A stretch of 64,000 nt of DNA from Promethearchaeota archaeon. GTDB taxonomy: Archaea > Asgardarchaeota > Hermodarchaeia > Hermodarchaeales > Hermodarchaeaceae. Under the pieces are notes generated by a model. The model was not told the origin of the DNA. It searched no databases and was given only the letters and a program-made list of their open reading frames with translations. Each line of letters opens with the position of its first letter. Position 1 is the first letter of the stretch. A program made the translations under genes and the position numbers. Positions 28,673-38,124 of the stretch are shown piece by piece. The stretch lies in the NCBI GenBank assembly GCA_048938385.1, contig JBHLMG010000009.1, positions 1 through 64,000 on the forward strand. The letters run 5' to 3'.

Positions 28673-30061
28673 CTAGGTCCCTGAATTAGGATGTGTTTTT
28701 CCATTGGATCGAATCACCTTGATTACAACTACAATGAGGGCTATCAATGAAACAGTGCCCAGAAGGATTAGTCCGAAGAGACTCGGGGCTTGTCCGATAT
28801 TCGAGAACGCGATGTACACGGGATCGTGTTCAACACGATAACCGTGGGACTCGGGGAATGTGATTCCAAACCAAAAAGCCGCTGAATTGAATACGAGGTC
28901 CTTGTTCTCATATACGCTGAGGGGACCAGGAAACAGTTCTTGGAGGTATGGGCTCATAGCGTACGCGAAGATACTAAAGATGATCGCAGAAATCGGGAGT
29001 TGCCAACTTATGAGGATCCCATCTGTAGGTTGGGGGGTGAGGATCCAGCTATACGCAGGCAGGTCTGTTTGAATAGGTGTAAAAGGATCAGTACTTTCAT
29101 TAAGCACATCATAACTGCCTCGGGTGCTCAAGGCGAAAGCTTGGTTGCGTCCAATTAAATCCGTTGAGATGTTGACTAGTGTTCGATTTACTCCACTTAC
29201 AGGTATGTTATTTGCTGTGCGCACATAGTATTGGGGTGAGAGAACAACACCTGCGTGAGCTACGCCAATACCAACATCATGTAAGGCTTCATGGAAATTC
29301 GGAACTGGAAATCCAAGGAATCGTAACTCTGTAACCTGACCGATGGTATAGAAGGTTTCTGTAGTAATTTCTCCTGTCACCACATCTAATTTTACATCAT
29401 AAGTGATGGTCAACTCGCTGAAGGTGATTTCAAAAATGTTTAACAGCAGAGAAAGGAGAAACTCACCGCCGTCTTTCGCTGACACCAAACGACCATAGAG
29501 GTTTTTGTAGCTAATCCCAAACTGATAATGTCCAGGACCGAGGTGGGTTACTGGAAGTGCTTCAATCGTCAAGGGTGCTGAAGTATTCCCCTCGTTAAAG
29601 CCGTACGGAATTATGTAAAACCGATTTTCTCCCGGGCTCGGTACGCCATTATGGTCTGTATCGTTGAACCCGAAAAGGAAGGCTAATACGGATCCGACGA
29701 AGAAGTCACGGTCATCCTTGGTCGTGTAGTGGAGTCCAAACAGCTGATAGGGTAATGTAGACTGGGTGCCGTTTTCATTCTCCACAACACCCAGCGCGAG
29801 GAGCATAGCTTGAAAACTCCCTACTTCTTCAGAGTAATTCACATAGTTGGCAATGAACTGTACCGTTTCATTGTTGGGCGTCTCAAAGATAATCGAGTCG
29901 TTCGTCCACATCGATTCGGCAAAGGTGTGACCGAAAAATTCCCGCTCAATCCCTGGCACCCAAGCAGGTGGTGGTAAGGCTTGTACTTGCGCTGGTGACG
30001 CCAGGGATAGGAGGATGCTCCCGAAGAGGGCGACTGCTAGCCATGTAGCATATCGATTCAT
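28673..30061 (-). CDS. Secreted, C-terminally anchored cell-surface protein; paralog of 26282-27661
   Basis: Shares FGHTF, STxPYQLFGxH, ETFYxIGQV, WQLP and EHDPVYxAxSNIGQA with its paralog. Confidence 0.75.
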   Translation of the reverse strand: MNRYATWLAVALFGSILLSLASPAQVQALPPPAWVPGIEREFFGHTFAESMWTNDSIIFETPNNETVQFIANYVNYSEEVGSFQAMLLALGVVENENGTQSTLPYQLFGLHYTTKDDRDFFVGSVLAFLFGFNDTDHNGVPSPGENRFYIIPYGFNEGNTSAPLTIEALPVTHLGPGHYQFGISYKNLYGRLVSAKDGGEFLLSLLLNIFEITFSELTITYDVKLDVVTGEITTETFYTIGQVTELRFLGFPVPNFHEALHDVGIGVAHAGVVLSPQYYVRTANNIPVSGVNRTLVNISTDLIGRNQAFALSTRGSYDVLNESTDPFTPIQTDLPAYSWILTPQPTDGILISWQLPISAIIFSIFAYAMSPYLQELFPGPLSVYENKDLVFNSAAFWFGITFPESHGYRVEHDPVYIAFSNIGQAPSLFGLILLGTVSLIALIVVVIKVIRSNGKTHPNSGT

Positions 30062-30202
30062 TCAATGGACCACTCATTAGTCATGCGCATGTACCTTACC
30101 TACTACTTCGCTACAATATATAAGCCAGCTGAAAAGTATAACTTTCCTCCTAGATAACCCTGATTGACAACGAAGTTCAAGGTTCATGGATTTTTTTTTA
30201 CT

Positions 30203-30709
30203 TCACTCGGAAGCTAATTCTTCTCTCAGTCTAAGTAAGTGTTGGAATTGCCACTCTCGTTCTTTTGCTACAGCTATGTATGTATCAGATGCGTTTGTGG
30301 CTCTATGGATGGCTTGTAAGGCATAAATTGCAGAACCAATAGAATGAGTTGGAACATGTGCGGTTGCCACTGCTTGACCTGCGGCACGAGCAGCAGAGCG
30401 GGCAGCATTATCTCTACCTACTTCGCGGGCAGCAGCATGGGAATCAAGTGAAGCCTGGCGAATAACCGCCATCTGAAACACCCCTGTATTGATCCATGTC
30501 TTGAGTGTTTCAATGGCTTTTCGAGGCCGTTGGTCTTCTGGATATTGTTCTTCAAAATATGGTAGAACACGCACAGCACAATCAATTGCCCAGGCTGCCA
30601 ATGTTTTATGGTTAGTTTTTTTCACAAGCTCTACAATTCTCTCATCTTTTCGGTAGTGTGTAAGTGAAAATTTTGGTTTCTTTTTTCGTGGTTCAACTTG
30701 CACATTCAT
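30203..30709 (-). CDS. Imm-5-like (putative immunity) domain protein
   Basis: LAAWAIDCAVRVLPYFE...DQRPRKAI...AARAAGQAVATAHVPTH. Confidence 0.75.
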   Translation of the reverse strand: MNVQVEPRKKKPKFSLTHYRKDERIVELVKKTNHKTLAAWAIDCAVRVLPYFEEQYPEDQRPRKAIETLKTWINTGVFQMAVIRQASLDSHAAAREVGRDNAARSAARAAGQAVATAHVPTHSIGSAIYALQAIHRATNASDTYIAVAKEREWQFQHLLRLREELASE

Positions 30710-30733
30710 TCCTCAATATACATTTTTTGTCCA

Positions 30734-32461
30734 TTAGTTTCGCTTGAGGTTGGGATTGTAATTTGTAATATCATGTGACACACTTTGTTTAGGTGATTTT
30801 CGGGCAAATCCAATGATGACTATTATCAATGGCACAAATAGTAGCGGGACAATAATAATAGCCCAATGATGAGTTGGTAACAAATCCAACGAATCGATCA
30901 ACCCATCTGCATCCGTGTCAGGTAATACCGGGTTTGTACCAATCTCGATTTCGTAATCATCCCTCAACCCGTCAGCATCGGTATCGCTGTTCCAAGGATT
31001 ACAGCCCCAACAGTATTCCTCGTAGTTCGTCAATCTATCCAAGTCGTAATCGATCCAGCTATCATTTTCAAAAAGATTGAGCCCCCACCGGGACTCCCAA
31101 CCATCCGGCATCCAGTCCAGGTCAGTATCAGGGTTTCGTGGGTGGGTAAAAAGGGTGAATTCTTCTGCGTTTGTAAGGGCATCCCCGTCTTCATCTCGTG
31201 CGGCGTCCGGTTGAGCTAGATTCAACTCGAACATTGACTCCCAGAAAGTAGGTAGTCCGTCATGGTCTGCATCTGAATGATTAAGCATGACAGGAAGCAT
31301 GGGGTCGCCTAGGCAAGTCATGCCGTAGCACCACTGAGGTGAATCGGGCATTTCCGGAGAGGGATAGACGGCTGATTGAAGCCATAATTGTAGTGCAGCT
31401 CCAAGCCCCCGCCCTTGGGCAAGCGTCTGAAAGAAGGTATTAAAATCGTACATACTTCCTGTTTTCGTAGAGCCGATGACCGCTAATGGTCCAGCGGAAG
31501 AGAACACATAAGCTCCTGCCAAATAGTTGGCAAATCGGTAGTCAGCTGCTGAGCAGGCAAAGAGGTTCGCAAAGAGGATGGTACTCTGCAACGCGAAGAT
31601 ATCCTTCGAATACACATAGTCCCAACCTCCCCAGGCTTGGAAAGCATGCCGTGTGGGATTTGAGTGCGCCCCGACGAGGACAAACTCGTAACTCTGGTTC
31701 AGTTCTTGAAGATATGCCGCAGCAGATGAACCATCGGGTTCACGAATCAGCGTCCCCTCCGGGTATACCAAACTGGCCTGAGTGTACCAAGTGGGGGCTA
31801 AGTAAGCCCAGTCGTCATCAATGAAGGTCAATACGCGTTGTGGGGCTCTTAGTGTTCCTCGCCGATACAACGAATTGCGGTGAAAATAGGATTGAAGCAA
31901 TTCTGAAGCGTTTCCGAAATTATAAAGGGTAGTCGGTGAAAGGCGACCAAGGAAAATTTCTGGCTCAATATTCCCACCATGCCAATCCAGGATTCCGTCG
32001 GTATTCAAATCACCAAAGATGCCATCAAGGTCCATGAAATACAAATCAATGGGAAACTCTTCAAAACTCGCTCCATCCTGTTGGCGAAATATTGGGGCTG
32101 AAAGGTTTCCAATAAGAAGACATCCAACCAGCCCGTTTTCATAATGTGTTTGAAGGCGTGAGCGAATGGTATAGGGCGTGGTTGCGTCGGGAATATACTC
32201 GATTAGTATCTGGAATCCCTGATATCCTGCTTCAATAGCAAAGCGTGACATGACCGTCCTGAGATCAGATTCAAATTGTTCTTCGATGATGACCACAACG
32301 AGATTTTGTAAAGATTCAACAACCGAAGGTCGAGGAACACAGGGGACTGTAGGTGAAGGTGTGTCCACCGATAGTTGAATAATGGAAGCGTGTGAGCAAA
32401 GGAGAAGGAGAACGAACAATCCACTAACTGGTTTTACTAACACGAAATGCCCGCCCAACAA
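30734..32461 (-). CDS. C25 (gingipain-like) cysteine peptidase with Ca-binding DxDxDG repeats and C-terminal TM
   Basis: LLIGN, PIDLYFMDLDG, PEIFLGRL, His in GAHS and Cys in FACS, LGDP; six DxDxD-type repeats. Confidence 0.75.
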   Translation of the reverse strand: MLGGHFVLVKPVSGLFVLLLLCSHASIIQLSVDTPSPTVPCVPRPSVVESLQNLVVVIIEEQFESDLRTVMSRFAIEAGYQGFQILIEYIPDATTPYTIRSRLQTHYENGLVGCLLIGNLSAPIFRQQDGASFEEFPIDLYFMDLDGIFGDLNTDGILDWHGGNIEPEIFLGRLSPTTLYNFGNASELLQSYFHRNSLYRRGTLRAPQRVLTFIDDDWAYLAPTWYTQASLVYPEGTLIREPDGSSAAAYLQELNQSYEFVLVGAHSNPTRHAFQAWGGWDYVYSKDIFALQSTILFANLFACSAADYRFANYLAGAYVFSSAGPLAVIGSTKTGSMYDFNTFFQTLAQGRGLGAALQLWLQSAVYPSPEMPDSPQWCYGMTCLGDPMLPVMLNHSDADHDGLPTFWESMFELNLAQPDAARDEDGDALTNAEEFTLFTHPRNPDTDLDWMPDGWESRWGLNLFENDSWIDYDLDRLTNYEEYCWGCNPWNSDTDADGLRDDYEIEIGTNPVLPDTDADGLIDSLDLLPTHHWAIIIVPLLFVPLIIVIIGFARKSPKQSVSHDITNYNPNLKRN

Positions 32462-32540
32462 TCTAATTCTCTCACAAAACCAAAAATCTTCTGAAAATTG
32501 TTAATCTAAGCAATCTAGCATTCTTTAGCTCTACAAATTG

Positions 32541-32586
32541 GAAAAGAAAAGAAAAAAAGGGAGAGGAACGAGGGCAGAACGCCCTC
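32541..32586 (-). terminator. Hairpin plus pyrimidine tract after the SPFH gene
   Basis: Minus strand GAGGGC-GTTCT-GCCCTC, then GTTCCTCTCCCTTTTTTTCTTTTC. Confidence 0.6.
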
Positions 32587-32594
32587 AAAGTGAA

Positions 32595-33587
32595 CTATAA
32601 TTTCTCTCCGCATTCACCGCAGAATTTACCCGATGCAGGAGCGCCACAATTTGGACAGAATTGCTTGGCTTTCGCTCGTTCATCAACTTGTTTTCGAATC
32701 ACTTTTCCGCATTCGGAGCAAAACTTGGGTGGTTTGCCACCTTTTAGGGGCATAGCGGCTCCGCAGTGTGGGCATGCAACATGGGTGACACCGGCTTCTT
32801 CAGGTCTTTGGGATTGGCGCATCATCTCGGCGAGTTGGGGAATGAGGACGATGCCGGCACCGGCCGCGGCTCCTCCTCCGCCGCCTTGACCGAGGGCTTC
32901 AGCGCTGCGTCGCATGGTTTCAGCAGTAAGGACTTCTCGACCGGAGACGCCTTGTACAGCGAAGAAGAGGCGTTCACGGTATTCAGGAGAGGTGTCCATG
33001 CCCCCGAAGGCCATGTCAAGGAGTTTGAGGCCATATTCTTCGAACTTATCAGATAGGCGAGTCTTCGTCTTCATGCTGGTCTCATCAAGACGGGTCATTG
33101 CATTTTGAAGTGAATATCCGGAAAGTTCATCCATCGATAGTTCGACGAACTTTGATCGGATGAAGTTGGTCACATCTTGCGTCGTGTAGTTTTCACCGGC
33201 TACAACTTCGTTCACAAAGACCTGTGGGTCTTCGATTTCGAACCAGAATTCACCGTGGAACATGAGGGGAGCTAGGTCACGGGTCTGTCCCTTGCCACCG
33301 AATTTACCTTGGAACTTGGTCATATTTATGAAAATCACTTCTGCGTTGAAGGGTGATTTTGGAAAGCCTGCAAGGCGGCGGACAATTCCTGTGAGGATGG
33401 GCACATTAGCAGTGGTCAACGTGTGACGACCAACACCCAGTACATCTAATGCTTTACCGTCTCGGTAGAAGATTGCGGCTTGATTTTCGCGCACGAGGCA
33501 CTGACTACCCCATTTCACGAGGTCATTGGGCCACCGATAGACAAGGTCATCCTTGCGCATCCCTTTCCATTCAATTATCTCTGGCAT
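32595..33587 (-). CDS. SPFH/band-7 protein (YdjI-like) with C-terminal zinc ribbons
   Basis: GSQCLVRENQAAIFYRDG, GRHTLTTANVP, PFNAEVIF; CPHC/CSEC/CPNC/CGEC. Confidence 0.85.
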   Translation of the reverse strand: MPEIIEWKGMRKDDLVYRWPNDLVKWGSQCLVRENQAAIFYRDGKALDVLGVGRHTLTTANVPILTGIVRRLAGFPKSPFNAEVIFINMTKFQGKFGGKGQTRDLAPLMFHGEFWFEIEDPQVFVNEVVAGENYTTQDVTNFIRSKFVELSMDELSGYSLQNAMTRLDETSMKTKTRLSDKFEEYGLKLLDMAFGGMDTSPEYRERLFFAVQGVSGREVLTAETMRRSAEALGQGGGGGAAAGAGIVLIPQLAEMMRQSQRPEEAGVTHVACPHCGAAMPLKGGKPPKFCSECGKVIRKQVDERAKAKQFCPNCGAPASGKFCGECGEKL

Positions 33588-33784
33588 GATTGGTTCTCCT
33601 CCTTCATCTGGAGGGGATAGAAGGTCTGTGCTGCCATTGGTGCGCAGCCTTTTGAACTTTACGACTTCTCTTCCAATCAGCGCGAAGTTAATGCGAAAAG
33701 AACTATTCGAATTATATTCTGGCGAAAAACGAGGCGGAGATAACGGCTAGAGGGCATTTCTGAAGTTGCCACTAATGGCTCGTT

Positions 33785-33822
33785 AAAAAGAGAGAAAAAA
33801 GGAAAGCCGCCCACTAAAGGCA
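33785..33822 (-). terminator. Small hairpin plus U-tract after the 184-aa gene
   Basis: Minus strand GCCC-TTTAGT-GGGC, then GGCTTTCCTTTTTTCTCTCTTTTT. Confidence 0.5.
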
Positions 33823-33843
33823 TCGAGTTGTTTAACCTAGATG

Positions 33844-34398
33844 CTAAACGACCTCAACACCCATAATGACTTGCTGACGTTCCTTCCACTTACGACTCAT
33901 CGCTGAAACAGCTTTCCGCAGTTCCTTGATGTGGCCAAGCGCTTCATCTGCGTCCTCTTCAGCCAACCGTAGTATGTCATCACAGCGCTGATCAAATGAC
34001 TGCACATTTTCTGCAAACCATGCGTCAAACTGAAGCATGGTCTCAAGATCCTTCTTGTCAATATGAATCTCATCGAAGTAAGGTCTATAGCCGTACGATG
34101 CGTGTTCGATTTCGCTGATGAGTTTCTCGGTTCGGCTTGAGACTGAGTCGACAAGCGTGTAGGCTTCTTCGATCTCGTTCTCGACGACTACTGTTCGTAT
34201 ATCCTGGATTTTATCTTGGCTTTGTCGTAGCCGGTTGACGATTTGGTCTCGGAGAATTCGGTCAGCGTTTCGTCGTTCTTCCTTGATACGGTATCCTCGC
34301 CAACCTGGAACAAACTTCAAGATTTTCTGCATGAGCGTGCGTTCATCATCGACTTTTTCTAAAATTGATGGTTTCTTATCGTCTCCCAACGGGGTCAC
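33844..34398 (-). CDS. Conserved-looking alpha-helical/coiled-coil protein next to the SPFH gene
   Basis: VPGWRGYRIKEERRNADRILR; amphipathic helices; GAGG RBS. Confidence 0.7.
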   Translation of the reverse strand: MTPLGDDKKPSILEKVDDERTLMQKILKFVPGWRGYRIKEERRNADRILRDQIVNRLRQSQDKIQDIRTVVVENEIEEAYTLVDSVSSRTEKLISEIEHASYGYRPYFDEIHIDKKDLETMLQFDAWFAENVQSFDQRCDDILRLAEEDADEALGHIKELRKAVSAMSRKWKERQQVIMGVEVV

Positions 34399-34531
34399 CT
34401 CGTTGGTCCTTAATTAGGCATTGGGTTAAGGGCTTATAAACATGCGCCAGATATAGTCGATTCACCAGTTGGGCTATCATCTCCTTGAAGATGTGAAGAA
34501 TCAGTGTTTGAGCTGGGGCATGTTGTTAGGC

Positions 34532-35545
34532 TCAGCGTGCGGCTTCTGCGGCGGTTTTTCTAAACGCAAGATAAATTGTTAGTATTGCCAGGATCAGTGG
34601 GATTATAGCTAGACCGAGGCTTGCATAGAAGAGACTGCCACCAGTTTGATAAGTCGTATACACCAGGTAAATACCAGCGATTCCAAGTAAGAACATAAAC
34701 GCAGCTCTGATCCAGGTTACAGCTTTAAAGCCCGCCGTACGTGGGATCTGAGTGTAAAGCACTCGTCCGTTTGATGCATCGAGAGCCGCTTCGTAAACTT
34801 TACCTTTATCACCGACAGTGAAGCGAATGTGGTAGATGGGGACATGGATGTAGGCGTGGTCGGTGACTTCAAAAGCTTCCCGAGCATCCTCGACCTTCAC
34901 GGTTTCCCGGTTAATGCGTGAATAGATCATGTTTCGCGTGGTAGTAATCGCCTGTTGTCGTGCGGTTTCTTCTGACACTTTTGAGAAGAGCACATTTCCG
35001 GTATGCTCCTTCACCTGCTCCAGATTGAAGAACTGACGCGACCGTGTAGCAATCGGGTAATTCGTAATCTCAGCCCGGGCTTCGGGTCCTGCATAGAGTC
35101 GAATGTGTCGAGTTTGTTCTTGATGACCTGATTCAGCAACCCATTCCCAATGAATGCTCGAGTATCGACCACCGGATTGTCCACGAAAACTCGCCTTCCT
35201 ATCGACACCACGATACGAGACATTACCGTGGACGGTGTACACCCAATAAGGATAGAAGGTCATGGACAGGTCTTTCAGGTTAATTAATTGCGCGAGTTCA
35301 TCAGCAACACCAGGTACTTTGACTAGATAAGCTTTCAAGGTGTCAAACGCGTCTTTCTCCGTGTAGTTTACGGCTAGCGCAAAATGCTCCTTAAATTGAG
35401 AACCCTCTGGAGTGAAACTCGTACCACAATACGAGCATGTGATAATAGTGTCTGAGGGGTGGACTTCAAGGGTTCCTCCACAATTTGGACAGTGTTTCTT
35501 CGTCATTTTTTCTACACCTTTTTCATGGTTTTTGTGAGATTTCAT
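34532..35545 (-). CDS. Zinc-ribbon membrane protein (YdjG-like), paralog 1
   Basis: CPNCG...CSYCG, YPYW, HVPIY, two C-terminal TMs; true start may be MTKKHC. Confidence 0.75.
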   Translation of the reverse strand: MKSHKNHEKGVEKMTKKHCPNCGGTLEVHPSDTIITCSYCGTSFTPEGSQFKEHFALAVNYTEKDAFDTLKAYLVKVPGVADELAQLINLKDLSMTFYPYWVYTVHGNVSYRGVDRKASFRGQSGGRYSSIHWEWVAESGHQEQTRHIRLYAGPEARAEITNYPIATRSRQFFNLEQVKEHTGNVLFSKVSEETARQQAITTTRNMIYSRINRETVKVEDAREAFEVTDHAYIHVPIYHIRFTVGDKGKVYEAALDASNGRVLYTQIPRTAGFKAVTWIRAAFMFLLGIAGIYLVYTTYQTGGSLFYASLGLAIIPLILAILTIYLAFRKTAAEAAR

Positions 35546-36540
35546 TCGCGCTTCATAGAGCTCATTTTGAGTGACTGAGCGGTTGCCACTGCGGCAATTA
35601 TGAGGCTAATGATGGTCACGACAATAGCCAGAATCTCCAATCCCTGTGGAGCAAAAAGTTCTGCAATAAAGTAGCTTCCGATTGTTCCGATCGCTAGGAA
35701 AATGAGGCTGACAAAAAACATCACACCACGAAATGTACCTGATATCGGAACTTCGCCTTTGAGAACCTTCTTTGTGTGTCCATCGATCCCGACACGGTAG
35801 GTTTCCCCTGCAAATTTGTAGCGGGCTAGCCAATGGGGCACATGGAGAAGATAGGCGCCTGTTTTTCGAATCTGGCTATGGCAGTCCCAAATCTTGCTTG
35901 CCCTTGATTCCGCTCGTTTTCGATGATCCTCTGCTACGAAGGTTTCAGCAAGTTCGTAAGCATCGGGATCCGTCAACTCGCTGTTCAAAAAGAGGGGCTT
36001 TGATTCAACCGCAGTGATTGCAGTATAATCAAAAGGTTTGATGTTCCCCTTGGTCACAGACAGTGCCTTGTCAAGCTCATCCTGACTGAAGAAAGTAGCT
36101 CCTCTACGACACAAGACATTGACTGAACGGTTCTCGTTGAAGTCACCGGTAATCGGTTCGTACTCGATTTTTGTACGGCTTCGTCGATTTCCTTGGGAAT
36201 CCGTGTAATATTCCGTTTCACGGTGTTCCTTGTACCCTTCGTAATGGGTGAGTGCATGCATCGTTTCAACCCAGAAGGGGACAAACCGTAACACAGCCTC
36301 AGTCACACGAGCCTTACCGCCTCGTCCCACCCATTCGGCGACCTTTTCTCGAATGTCAGCAGAATTTACGGTTGGTTCCAAGACGAAATGGTTCTCGATC
36401 TTCTCACCTTCAACCGTTGCAGTGAATCCACAGTAATTGCACACAATAACTACATCGTCGGGCGATACGGTGAGAGGAGCATTGCAGGATTGGCACTTTA
36501 ACGCAGTCATGGTTTCAATAGGCTTAGTAGCTTCCACCAA
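35542..36540 (-). CDS. Zinc-ribbon membrane protein (YdjG-like), paralog 2
   Basis: CQSCN...CNYCG, VPFW, HVPHW, IDGHT...GEVP, two C-terminal TMs. Confidence 0.75.
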   Translation of the reverse strand: MVEATKPIETMTALKCQSCNAPLTVSPDDVVIVCNYCGFTATVEGEKIENHFVLEPTVNSADIREKVAEWVGRGGKARVTEAVLRFVPFWVETMHALTHYEGYKEHRETEYYTDSQGNRRSRTKIEYEPITGDFNENRSVNVLCRRGATFFSQDELDKALSVTKGNIKPFDYTAITAVESKPLFLNSELTDPDAYELAETFVAEDHRKRAESRASKIWDCHSQIRKTGAYLLHVPHWLARYKFAGETYRVGIDGHTKKVLKGEVPISGTFRGVMFFVSLIFLAIGTIGSYFIAELFAPQGLEILAIVVTIISLIIAAVATAQSLKMSSMKRE

Positions 36541-36687
36541 CTGCTTTCCTCCTTATTGCCTGACAATAGAGGGATCGCCCTTAACTGTTTCCTCTCAAAG
36601 TGCTGACAAAAGGAATTCTTAGACTTTTTACAGGGCAGTAAGGAAGGCTGAAAAGGTCTGAATGGCTAGGCATGATAGTGGTTAGTC

Positions 36688-37476
36688 ATGACAACTATCC
36701 GTGATGGCGATCAAGTGCTTTTTTATTTGGATTCTCGGCGTACATGGCTGCTCCGTGTTGAAGCTGGTAAATCCTTTCATTTGCATCGAGGAATTCTCCT
36801 TTTTGATGATGTAATAGGCCAACAATATGGGAGCCTCATTGCTACCAGCAAAAATGTCTATGTCGCAGCCCTTCCCTCGCTGCCTAGAGATCGCGCAATT
36901 AAGTTAGGTCGGAATACAAACATCGTATATCCTAAGGATGCTGGATTGATCATTATTTTAGCAGGAATTGGTCCTGGGTCAAAGGTGGTGGAGGCAGGAA
37001 CAGGAAGTGGCGCCCTAGCATCGCTGTTAGGTTATCATGTTTCACCGAATGGACAGGTGTCTTCTTATGAAATCCGTGAAGATTTTGCCTTCACAGCCAA
37101 AAAAAACCTAGAAAAAGCTGGTTTAGCAGAACTCGTTAGCGTCAAACATCAAGATGTCCTTGAAGGGATTGACGAACAGGATGTTGATGCTGTGGTCTTG
37201 GACTTGGCAGTTCCCTGGGAAGTAGTTGATCATGCCTACCAGGCGTTGCGTGGTGGGGGTGTTCTCGTATCCTTTTCGCCAACGATTGAGCAAACCCAAC
37301 GAACAGTCGAAGCGTTGTATTCCTCGCATTTTATCGAGATTGAAACCCGAGAACTCCTTGAACGACAAATTCTTGTACGCACTGGTAAGACTCGACCCGC
37401 TACTCGCATGATAGGGCATACTGGGTATGTAACCTCAGCTCGAAAAGTCTATCCACCCAAAACTAAACAAGCTTGA
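36688..37476 (+). CDS. trmI: tRNA (adenine-N1)-methyltransferase
   Basis: IVYPKDA, VEAGTGSG, SYEIRED, LDLAVPWE, GHTGY. Confidence 0.93.
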   Translation: MTTIRDGDQVLFYLDSRRTWLLRVEAGKSFHLHRGILLFDDVIGQQYGSLIATSKNVYVAALPSLPRDRAIKLGRNTNIVYPKDAGLIIILAGIGPGSKVVEAGTGSGALASLLGYHVSPNGQVSSYEIREDFAFTAKKNLEKAGLAELVSVKHQDVLEGIDEQDVDAVVLDLAVPWEVVDHAYQALRGGGVLVSFSPTIEQTQRTVEALYSSHFIEIETRELLERQILVRTGKTRPATRMIGHTGYVTSARKVYPPKTKQA

Positions 37477-37528
37477 TTAGAGCGATGTCGAATTCACTAC
37501 TAGCAACCGGAGAATGTTAGGGGTCTAA

Positions 37529-37990
37529 CTAATCAAGACTAGCTCCACATCTATGACAAAAGCGTGCCTCAGGAGCCGGAACCTCTACTCCACATGACGA
37601 ACAGTATTTCGAAGCATAGGTTCCAGCAGGTTGTTGACCGTTGGGAATAGCTTTGAGTACTGGATCGAGGAGTGAGTTATTCACGGAACGCTCGCCACCT
37701 CCGTGAGTAGGGCAGTGAATCTGAATTTTAGTCGTCAGTTTCAAGGTCCTCTGTCCAACGATGTCAACTGGTGAACCACATTTACGGCATAGAAGTACAT
37801 GTTCACGAATAAGATGGCTAACGGGTTCGTATTGGTCAAGGGGTAGGCGCCAGACGACTTCACTTCGGTGAACAGGGCAGAGCATGTAGAGAGCTACTTG
37901 GTTGGGTTTCGGTTTGCTGACGCGTGTGATAATTCGAGGTCGACCGCAATGGCGACAACTGAGTTTTTGTTGGGCTTCTTGGAGAGACAT
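37529..37990 (-). CDS. Multi zinc-finger protein (2 x CxxCG...CPxH plus a zinc ribbon)
   Basis: CRHCG..CPVH, CRKCG..CPTH, CSSCG..CHRCG. Confidence 0.75.
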   Translation of the reverse strand: MSLQEAQQKLSCRHCGRPRIITRVSKPKPNQVALYMLCPVHRSEVVWRLPLDQYEPVSHLIREHVLLCRKCGSPVDIVGQRTLKLTTKIQIHCPTHGGGERSVNNSLLDPVLKAIPNGQQPAGTYASKYCSSCGVEVPAPEARFCHRCGASLD

Positions 37991-38124
37991 TGGAGATCAC
38001 GCTCTGAGTTCCATCTAAAACACAGGCTTTTAAACAATCGTAACGGTTCAAGAGTTGACTAATACCTTCTGAGAAATCATTATCTAGATGTCTGAACCTT
38101 GCATTACCTATTGAGAGGATAAAA

